Part shown: one piece after another, positions 24,526-34,212 of the stretch
Layout: every line of letters starts with the position of its first letter
Numbering within the stretch: position 1 is the first letter of the stretch
Assembly (NCBI GenBank): GCA_965240325.2
Contig: OZ251224.1
Location: 930,001-994,000 of the forward strand
Length of the DNA: 64,000 nucleotides
Source of the DNA: Rebecca billardiae RCC1528
Lineage: Eukaryota > Protista > Haptophyta
Direction: 5' to 3'
Program-made: the position numbers and the translations under genes
Notes under the pieces: model-generated
The model's input: only the letters and a program-made list of their open reading frames with translations
Database searches by the model: none
Told to the model about the DNA's origin: nothing

Positions 24526-25821
24526 GCTGCTACCTAGGTCATGATTCTCGCGCGCACGCGAGAGTTGCCTTTCTGTAACTATTTGACTGAGCAACCAGAA
24601 GCAATCACAACGCCATTCCTCCATCGCAATCAACGATGATGCGCACGGCGGCACGCACGACCGCACGTGATAGTGACCGTACAATATTCTTATTTTATTT
24701 TAAATAGCGGAAATACCAGTGTAGTATTATTGTCTGATCATATTCGAGAGGAAATTAGTTATTTTATTCATTATTTTAATTAATGTACATCGATCGCTGA
24801 TTTTCGTTTGGGTATTACTTATGAAGGACCGATATATATGTAATAAAATTTATTTTTAATTTTGTTAGCAACTGCTGCCATTGTGTTTGCGAATAATTAT
24901 ATTTTATTGGCAACTACTGCCATGATTTAAAATAGCATAACATTTAAAACGAATGGTAGAGTTCATATTATAAATGTGGTCTGGATAAGTTAATTTATTC
25001 CTAAAACATTTCCATCAGAGAAGTCAGAAGATAGCCAGCAGTTACTGTAGCTGGTTAATTTTAGTGTAATTAATATATATATATATATGGTATATGATTT
25101 TAAATAGGCCGTTCCACGCTCTAAATAGGGGAAAGGGGTACGTCTGGCCGAATCTGTAGCTAAAATGCCTACCCATTTAGAGCCTTTGGCACAACCCCTC
25201 AACCTCCTCGAGTCTTTAGGCCCGGCCGGCGAGGCCAAAGAAAAATTTGGGCCATTTTTGAGCAAATCTGGCATCATGTTGCATATATGGATGCAGCGAT
25301 GCACTGGCCAGGAGGCACTCATCAGGAGAAGTCGGGACTTGGCCTGTACTACTACTTGTAGTCCTGCCGCGCGCCGCGGCGTCCCACCGGGGCACTGCGC
25401 CTCGGCGGACCACTCGACACTCGTCAGCCGCGACGACGTAGTCCCGGTAGTTTCTTAGTGTGACTATGCGTATAGCGAACCAGCCAATCGCTAGTCTCAG
25501 TTTCTAGGCCAGATCCGCAGATAGCAAGCCCCAGTTTCTTAACGTGACAGCTCCTTATTGCCCGCGATTGCCTGTACTGGTACACTCTGTGCCAGCCGAC
25601 TGGCTTGCTCACTCAAACTTGCTGCCGTGGACCGACCAGACTGTCCGTAATAATAAGGCAATATAGATAGCTTAGACGGGCCCGCAGTCAGACCGTCCGT
25701 CGGAATGTGATGGCGTCGTGATTGTCAATATATCATCGTTGATGCGGCATCGTTGACTGACCAGCAAGCTGCCAGTGCGCGGAACCGCGAATAAAGCGTG
25801 CAACATCACGACCTGCGCGCC

Positions 25822-25939
<118 letters not shown>

Positions 25940-26957
25940 ATGATCATGGTTCCGGCGCCGGTGATGTATCGGATATGATGCGTACAGTAGTTATAAGTTA
26001 CTAGTTGAGTAATGAGTAGTTACCGGCGGCGCTGACCACTGAGTCATGCACAGTGCCCACTCCTGCATGAGTCTACTACTGCTATCGCGCTGATCGTCAT
26101 GCAGTGTCAGTGGCCTGTGATGGCCCGCCTCGCCCCTACCGGCAACCCGCGCTCACGATCGTGAGTGACGAGTGTATAACGTTGAGTCGTCATCGGACGA
26201 CGCCGGCCCCCCGGAATCCCCCACCCGGGGGGCCGAGCTCGGAGCTGCGGCTGGCGCGGGCTGCCGCATCGGCCGCTACTCCGGCTCCGCTGCGGGCCGC
26301 CCGGAGCCGGGCGGTGGGCCGGTGCGGCAACGGTCGGCCGCTGCCCGCCGGCGCGGCGGCGCCGGCAGTCATGAGTATAGACCCGCTGTATACGGTTAGC
26401 CGGGAGTCGCCCCGCCCGAGTGGAGTGCTGGCGCGTCCGCTCGGTCTCGGGACTCAGATTCGGGAGAGTCTGACGACTCCATTTCACTCTGACAGTGACA
26501 ACTGCTGACATCGTCGTCATCTGCGACCATGTCCATCATGGTCGGTCATCCGTATATGCAGCGGCTATAATATGATATCCGCGGAGACCCGGGGCACCCG
26601 CGACCCGCGGCAGACTTCCCGCGAATCGGCTGACCGCGTTGCCACTGTGACTGTGAGTCACTGTCAGTGTCTGCGGACTCAGTCACAGTAATCAGTCGTC
26701 CGCGTGCGCATGCAGACTACGCATGCTGACGAGCTAGTGAATTAGCCCTGCTCAGTAGCGCAGTACACGCGGTGCGGTGACTACAGCATATACAAAGTAT
26801 CATCAGTCCCGCGCGCTGCCGAGACTACCAAGTCCGCCCGGCAGCTGGCAAATGGCAGCCTGGCATTTGGCAACACGCAGTGGCTGCGGCCGGCAGCGCC
26901 GCAGCGCGGCCAGCCCGGGCCAGGCCCAGGCCGCCGTCGGGGCCGGTGCGCACCGCC

Positions 26958-29659
26958 TCAACTCGGCTGCTGACGTGGGGAATCGGCAGCTGCTGGCGCT
27001 GTCGGCGGAGTCGATGCTCTGCCCTCGTCGCCGCCCGCCCCTCCGGGAGAAGCGCCCGGTGCTTCCGCCGCAATCTCCTCGGGCCTGTCGCCGTCGACGT
27101 CGAGGAAGATGCAGACGACGGACACGTTGTCGCGGCTCCCCCTGCGCAGCGCCTCATCGACCAGCCACTGGCTCGCCGCGGCCGGGTCGCCGCCGGGCCC
27201 TCGGCCCTTCTCGAGGGCCATGCGCACCGCGTCCTGGTCGCTGATCACATCCCACAGCCCGTCGGACGCGAGCAGCAGCAGCTCGTCCTCTGGCAGCAGC
27301 CTGAGCGAGAGCACGTTCGGCTCGTGCAGCACAAACGGCGCAAACTCAAAGTCGCCCAGCGAGCGCGAGACGCTCAGGATGCCGTGCACGCGGCCCCTGT
27401 TGACGAAGCCGCCGCTGTCCACGATGCGCTCCTCTTCGGCCGGGAGCTTGGGCTTGTGGTCCGTCGTGAGGCGGAGCGCGCGGCCCGCGCGGGACAGCAC
27501 GGCGCGAGAGTCGCCCACGCCCGCCACGTGTGCGAGCGTGCGCGTGAGCAGACAGACGATGGCGGTGGTGCCGCCGACCGAGCTCGCGGTGAAGTCGTCG
27601 CGCTCCTCGGCGTCGTCGAGCAGCTCGCTCGCGCGCTGGCGCACCAGCCCGTTCACCGACTCGAACGCGTCGTACAGCACGTGCGCGACGTCCGTGCCCG
27701 TGCACGCGATGCGCCGGCCGTCGCTGATCGGCCGCTGCAGCTGGCGGTCGAGCACGGCGCACATGTGCTCGGCCGCGCACGCCGAGGCGTGCGAGCCGTT
27801 GTGCCCGTCGAAGAGCGCGGCGAAGTGGCCCACGCCGCCGCCGAACGCGCAGTGCTTCACGGTGCACCTGTCCTCCATGTACGGCCGCATCCCTGTCATC
27901 GCGCACAGCCCAAACGAGGGCGAGCCCGGCGGCGCGCCCTCGGGCGGCGGCACGTGCTGCGCGGGCGTGTCGTGTCGGCACAGCCAGCCAGAGTCTGCGG
28001 CGGCGGGGGCGGCGTGCTCGCCGGCGGGCGCGGGCTCGGCTGCGCCTGCGTGCGCCTTGGCGTCATCGCCTGCCGACGCCGAAGCAGCGCCCTCGTCAGC
28101 CTGCGCTGCGCTCGCCTCCGCTGCATCGGCTGTCGGCGGCGGCGACTGGGCCGGCGCCGGGAGCTCGGCTGGCGCGGCCGCGGGCGGCGCGGGCGGCGCG
28201 CCCTCCTCGGGCGCGGCCGCCATCGGCCCGTCCGAGTCGTGCGAGGGGTGCGGCTCGAGCGCCGGCGACGGTGCCGGCGAGGGCGCGGACGACGTCGGCG
28301 ACGCGCCGTCCCGCGCCGACAGCTCGCCGCCCGCCGGCCTGAACGCGTTCGCCGGCGGCGTGAGGGCATCCCTCTCGTCAGGGCCGGGGCCTGAGGGCGC
28401 AGGCGTGGGCACGGTGCTGGGTGCGCGGCTCGTCGAGGCGGGCGGGCGCTCGGCCTCGGCGTCGGGCGCGCCGTCGGCCGCGCCGCCGTCCGCCGTCGAC
28501 GCCTCCTCGGCGACCTCGTTCACCGCGTCTCCGTCCGGGATCGCGTCACCGTCGAGCTCCGAGCGCGGCGTCGACGCGTCCGTCATCGCGCGCGAGGACA
28601 GCAGCCCACCGCCCGTCTCGCCGCGGCCGGCGGCGCGCAGCGAGAAGCCGGCGATGGCCGGGTCGGAGATGTTCGAGGCCGCCCCGGCGATGCGCTCGAG
28701 CTCGAGCGACTCTGAGTCCGAGCCGCGCGACAGAGGCACGCGGCCTGCCATCGCCTCCGCGTACACGTCCGAGCCACCGTGGCCGGCGCCGACGCGGAGC
28801 CCGCGCGCTTCTGAGGAGGGCCTCGAGAGCGGCGCGCTCCTCGCAGCGCGCGCAGAGCCCAGCTCGTCCTCGACGAACTCGACTTCCTCCTCGACCTCGT
28901 CGGCACTCTGGCCCGAGGCGCGCGAGAGCGCGCGCATGTGATCAGCCCTGCGCGCGCGTGCGGCCACGCCCGGCGGCGGCGTGCGCCCGGTGAGGGGTGA
29001 GTGAGGACAGGCATGGCTGTGAGGCACAGGCGCGGCCACGGCTGCGTGCGCGCTCGCGCAGGGCGGCGTGGCGCGGCGACGCACAGCACGTCGTGCGTCG
29101 CGTGCGTCGCGTCAGCTGGCGGGTTGCCCAGCGGGCTGGTGATCGACTCCCGCATGCCGCGCGACCTCGAGCTGCGGGGTGGCGAGCGTGGCGAGCTCAC
29201 GGGCGAGTAGGGCAACTGATCCATCGAGGTGTGCGGCCGCGCGCGCGGCGATGGCACCTGCTGCAGCTTGCGCGGGGGTCGCCTGATGGCGTGCGCGCCC
29301 ACGTCGGATCCGCTGAATGCCGAGGGCGACGCTGGGAGCGTCGTCATCTGCGAGGTCGCCATGCGGCGCTTCTCGGGGGACGCCTGCGGCTTGCTGCCGC
29401 CGGACGCGATGTGCACCTGTCCGAGCGAGGGCTTGCTGCGCGAGCCCTTGTGAACGTGCGACACGGGAGCGAAAGGCGGGATCTGCGGGCGGGCCGCGAC
29501 CGGCTCGTCCTCGATCATGATGTTCTCCTCCACCACCTCACCGTCCTCCGCCTCGAGGGAGATTGCCTCTGCGGCCGCGGCTGACTCGCCGCGGCGCAGC
29601 GCTTCGTCCTCCTCGACGCTGATGAAAGGCGACTCGCTGCGGCGCGGGCTGGTCTCCAT
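26958..29659 (-). CDS. Protein phosphatase 2C (PPM) with long disordered N-terminus; exons 29659-29085 and 28947-26958
   Basis: 'GMRPYMEDR', 'FDGHNG', 'GGTTAIV', 'GVGDSRAVL', 'TDHKP', 'LSVSRSLGD', 'LASDGLWDV', 'GSRDNVSVV'. Intron 28948-29084 is phase-2 consistent. Start codon uncertain. Confidence 0.9.
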
Positions 29660-30243
29660 CGGGGTGGCAGGGAAATGGGGGATGCACGGCCAGGGACGTG
29701 CACCACCAGGTCCACGTCAGCTGCTTGTCAGGCACCACCAGCTCCTCCGGCTGCGAGGGGTGTCCCCGCCAGGAGTGCTTGATCACCGCGGCACTGGGGA
29801 GCAGTGGACTGCTCTACCCCCGAACAAACCGGTACCCGGGAACAGATGAGCGGAACTAGGATCATGTGGGTAGAAGAAATACGATCACGCGGAGTGAAAC
29901 GCAACAGCTCTTCTAGCAAGAGTCCCAGAATTGGTCCGTTTCGCGTGAGCGTTGGATGCTGATGAATGGTGAGCGGACTTATGACTTTACCCGCTCGGTG
30001 CGCTGGAGACTTGGAGTGGGCACTGGCCAGGGCCTGGCCAGCGCGGAAGCCATTGTCATCGGGCGATGGAGGAGGCTACTCTTTTTGACTTATTTTTCCT
30101 CGCTCGGCCGCGGCGGCATCTGCCGTCGCCGCCACGCGCCCCAGGCCGAGGCGGTGCTCCATCCCGGCCCCGCTCCCGTAGGGGGGCAGGGCTGCGGGTG
30201 GCGCACTGCCTGACCTGGTCGGAAGGCGCGGACGCATTCTATA

Positions 30244-30389
30244 CAGTTTATTTGTTTTAACGTGCGTAAGGCTCACGGTGGCAGGTTGCCGCGCCATCCT
30301 TCAAGCGCACGCTCTCCGAAGAGAGACCTGGAAACTGGTTTTAATCTCGCCTGCCTGAGCTGTGTGCGTCTCTTATTCTTAGTAAACTG
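30244..30389. mobile_element. 146-bp MITE, Tc1/mariner-like (TA|CAGTTTA...TAAACTG|TA)
   Basis: 7-bp TIR flanked by TA on both sides; 49 bp at its right end (30343-30391) recur exactly, inverted, at 39947-39995. Confidence 0.55.
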
Positions 30390-30594
30390 TATGTGTCTGC
30401 TGCACTCTGAGTCTGACGCTTGCCGGTTGCATACCACGTCGTTATATCCGCCCTTATATTTTTCCTCGCGGGAAGGAAGAAGTAAAAACATAGCAGCGCA
30501 GCCTCACAGGAAAAGGGACCCGAATCCGCGCGTCGCTCCTCATCGTGCGCCCCGAGCGGTTGGGAGCGCTGCACGGCCGCGCGGCGCGCTTCGC

Positions 30595-31956
30595 ATGCTC
30601 GCGGTGCGTCGGATCAGGTCCCTGATGGGGCTCGAATCGAAGGACGAATCGAAGGACGAGGATGAAGCCATGGGCCTCGTCAGGGGAGATGCCAGTGACC
30701 GTTCCACGGGCGAATATGTGTCGTCGCTCTCTGTCTGCGCGGGCGTTTCAGCCTCGACGGTCGTTGCGGCATTGTCGTACGCCCTCGCAAGCTCGTCCAT
30801 GCTCGTGCTGAACAAGCTGGCGCTGTTGCACTTCCCGCTCCCCGGCACACTGATGAGCATTCAGTGCGCATCGACCGCTGTATTTGTGCTCTTCCTGCAG
30901 GGTGTGGGCGCGGTCGAGAGGGAGCGCACGTCCTGGAAGGACGTGCTCAACTTCTTCGGCGTGCCCGCCCTGTACACCGCGGCCCTGTTCTCATCGACGA
31001 GCTTGCTGCTCTTCTCGAACGCGGAGACGCAGATCATCATCCGCACGAGCACGCCGGCTGCCGTCGCGCTCCTCGACTGGGCCCTCATGGGCTACAGGAT
31101 GCCGGACGCGCGGAGCTTCCTCATTCTGATCGGGCTGATCTGCGCCACCACCATCTTCTTCAAACTCGAGCGGGGCATCGGCGCGCTGGAGCCGGCGGCA
31201 TTGGCATGGGGCTGGGTCTACTTCATCTCCATCACTGCCGAGATGGTCCTGGTCAAGTTCATCATGAACAAAGTGCGCATGTCCACGTGGACGCGCGTGC
31301 TGTACAACAACGCGATGGTGATCATGTTCATGCCGCTACTGCTGGCGGCCACCTCAGAGTGCGCGACACGCGCACGCGCGCGCGGCGCGTGGTCTGGCCG
31401 CGCGCCGAGAGCCAGCACGCCCTCCAGCACGCCCCACGGTGGCGCAAGGGCGCTCTCGCACTCACGCGCGCGCCCCTGCCGCGCACACAGGCACGTGCGG
31501 ATTGCCTTCTACTTTGCGACTAACCACCACGATAAGCTCTCGGCCCTGGCCGGCATCGTCTTGTCGTCGGTCGGCGGGACGGCCATGTCGTTCACGGGCT
31601 TCAAGCTTAGGCACGCGGTGAGCGCGACGACCTTCACTCTGATCGGTGTCGTGTGTAAGCTGGCCACCATCCTGGTGAATCAGTTCATCTGGGACCACCA
31701 CGCGGGCGCGCTCTCCTCGCTCGTGCTGTGCGCGTCCATCGTCCTCAGCACGCAGTACAAGGCGCCGGGCATGCGCGAGGGCTTGCAAGGCGCCGATGGG
31801 TGCATCTTGCCCTTCTCTCCGGTCGAGAAGAAGAGCGGAAAGGGCGGGACGGGAGACGACAGTGACACGGACCAGACCGTGGCCGAGGCCGAGAAGGCGA
31901 TGGCAGCAGCTGACAAGCTCGTGAAGCAGGCGGCGAGTGTGACTGCAAAGGCATGA
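30595..31956 (+). CDS. Nucleotide-sugar transporter (GDP-mannose/GDP-fucose transporter-like, GONST/SLC35 family); intron 31359-31490
   Basis: 'YALASSSMLVLNK..L..FP', 'TRVLYNN', 'SFTGFKLRHAVSATTFTLIGVVCKL'; multiple TM segments. The 132-nt intron is 3n and stop-free. Confidence 0.88.
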   Translation: MLAVRRIRSLMGLESKDESKDEDEAMGLVRGDASDRSTGEYVSSLSVCAGVSASTVVAALSYALASSSMLVLNKLALLHFPLPGTLMSIQCASTAVFVLFLQGVGAVERERTSWKDVLNFFGVPALYTAALFSSTSLLLFSNAETQIIIRTSTPAAVALLDWALMGYRMPDARSFLILIGLICATTIFFKLERGIGALEPAALAWGWVYFISITAEMVLVKFIMNKVRMSTWTRVLYNNAMVIMFMPLLLAATSECATRARARGAWSGRAPRASTPSSTPHGGARALSHSRARPCRAHRHVRIAFYFATNHHDKLSALAGIVLSSVGGTAMSFTGFKLRHAVSATTFTLIGVVCKLATILVNQFIWDHHAGALSSLVLCASIVLSTQYKAPGMREGLQGADGCILPFSPVEKKSGKGGTGDDSDTDQTVAEAEKAMAAADKLVKQAASVTAKA

Positions 31957-33308
31957 CCGAGCGACCGGCAGCAGCCCGTCCCGGACATGATCCTCGCTGG
32001 TCGCTCACACGTGTGGCGCGCCGAAGACGCGACACGCTGCGTCGCCAGTGCAATCCGGCGGCGGCGCGGCCACGCCAGGCTCCTCTGGCCACGCGATCAC
32101 GCATTGTCAGCCAGCGGCACAACAAGCACGCTGATGATACCGCGAGCATTTGTAACCGAGGTGTTCATCAGCATCAATAATATCTACTTCGTCATGATTC
32201 GTCACGAATCATTATTGTCATATATCACGACGATGAGATTGCGCGGCCCACTCACCACTGCTGACAGATCAGCATTATTTATATTACATCGATTATTCGA
32301 TAACGTGTCTCAGTGCGGTCGTCCGACTGTTAGTTATAGATAATTTATGCGGGTGGCGAGGGCTGGCAGCGCTGCTGAGCGTGATCGGCATCGACCGCCG
32401 CCGCCCGTGGCCGTGTCAGACTACGGTGGAGACCGTTCACGTTGCCCGCCCGTGTTCGGCGAACGTTGGGGCTTGGGCACGGCCCTGATGACTGATACGA
32501 TCCGCGTTATCAGCCGACGTAGTCACCGCGCGCACGCCTCGGCTTTATTAACAATGTAAAAGCCGCAAAGCCCGGCGGCGCGGTCGTGTCTCAGTCTGCT
32601 AGTATCTGAATCCGTCTCAGAATCGCGGTCTGTCTAGGTGGCGTGACCAGTTATATTGATTCGGCCGCCGGGCCACCGCCGGCGCCGCCCGTGGGCAGCG
32701 GCCGGGCCGCGCGCCGACCGCTCCGCGCCCGGCCTCCCAATCGGCCCACGGTCCCACTGAGTCGGGCCACTGTGCTGCGACCCACTCAGGCACTGTCACT
32801 GTGTCTGTGACTGGCCAGGCCGCAGGCCACCGCGGCCACCGCCGCATGTATTATGAACTCAGAATGAGCCGACTACGCCGCGACACCGGCAGTCAGGCAG
32901 TCAGGCACGTAGGCGGCGGCGCCACACGGCCACGCCCACGGCACACTCGCCCGTCGCCACGAGTGACTCCGACTGACGCGGCCCGGCTGTGACTAGCAGC
33001 TTGTAGTCAGTGTAAGCTAACATGCATGCACAGATGAATGTCGGACTGTCAGTGCTGTATATCACTCGAGCAGCCGGCGACTCGACCGTCATCGTCGACG
33101 CGTCGGACACCCTGATGGACTACCCGTCCCTGAGGCATGAATCGTGTAGACCTATAATGGCGTATAATGAGACTAACTATGTAATCGTAATGACCGACGT
33201 CTGCGTCTGCGTCCTGACCGACTCCGCGACTCGGCGTGACCAGGATCCATGGAGTAGCTCCGCAGCCACCTGACTGACTACTGAGCCACCCAGTCGACAG
33301 TCGCCCGC

Positions 33309-33887
33309 TCACTTCTGCTTGTCCGGCTCTGATGCGGGCGGCGCAGCCGGCTTGAGGCAGTCGAACAGAACCTGGAAGATGATGAGCGCGATCGAGCACT
33401 CTGCGACCACGTTGTGGGGCGGGATCAGGCTCGTGTTCCGGCTTGCAACATCGCCAGAGGCGAGAGCAATGGCAGCCACGCCTGAGAGCACGTGTGCCCC
33501 TGCGTGCCAATACGCCCATGTTTCGTCGTGGCCGAGTGACAGCATCCACGAGTGCCGGAAGCACGACAGCGCTCCAAGAAGAGAGCCCCATCCCAAGTAG
33601 CACGTGATCTCCGTGAGCCAGAAGCCGGTGAAGAGGCAGTACGCGAGCGCCACGCCTGCGGCTGCAAGGTCGGCGTCGCGACGAAGAGACGGCCCTGGTG
33701 AGCGCCAGTAGTTGAGCGAGCAGAGGCCGGCTGTGCAGAGCATTAGCGACAGCAAACGCTGTCCTAGCGCGCCAGCGAAGGCGCCCGATATGAGGAAGCT
33801 GAGGGATGACGTCAGGAGCAGCTGCACTTGCCACACGGGGAAAGCCAGGTGTGCGTACGAGTTGGTCCGCTGGACGACGGGAGGCAT
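33309..33887 (-). CDS. Small multi-pass membrane protein, CREST-superfamily-like (192 aa)
   Basis: Several TM helices; motifs 'CSLNYWRSP', 'RRDAD', 'YWHAGAH' (S..., D, HxxxH pattern). Confidence 0.65.
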   Translation of the reverse strand: MPPVVQRTNSYAHLAFPVWQVQLLLTSSLSFLISGAFAGALGQRLLSLMLCTAGLCSLNYWRSPGPSLRRDADLAAAGVALAYCLFTGFWLTEITCYLGWGSLLGALSCFRHSWMLSLGHDETWAYWHAGAHVLSGVAAIALASGDVASRNTSLIPPHNVVAECSIALIIFQVLFDCLKPAAPPASEPDKQK

Positions 33888-34212
33888 GGGAGCTGCACGG
33901 GTGCGCGTCGGCCCGTGCTGTGCGCTGTGTGCGGTGCCAGATGAAAGCCAGATGCCACCACTTCGAGCAATGGTGGGCTCTCGCGTTGTCGCGTGCGGTG
34001 AATACGCGCGCGCACGACACCAGTAGGCGCGCGGTTTGTCTACACGCGGATTCGGGGCCACCCGGATGCGCCGAGCAGTCGTTCCACGTGCATCACGCTC
34101 CGGACCGCTTGATGCAACAGTTGCCGGGCAATCCGGGCTCCCTCGCGGCGTACGATGGCGACGGCCGCATCCGCCGCGCGGTGGATGCGCGTTTGACCTT
34201 AACGCCGCGGGC

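Larger units (their letters stand above)
18891..25209. mobile_element. 6.3-kb non-autonomous TIR DNA transposon carrying tandem arrays (MULE/Merlin-like by TSD length; superfamily uncertain)
   Basis: TIR-L GTAGAGGTTGAGGACTTGTGCCAAA (18891-18915) vs reverse complement of TIR-R GAGGAGGTTGAGGGGTTGTGCCAAA (25185-25209): 21/25 identical. Direct repeat GAGTCTTT immediately outside both ends (18883-18890, 25210-25217). Confidence 0.8.
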
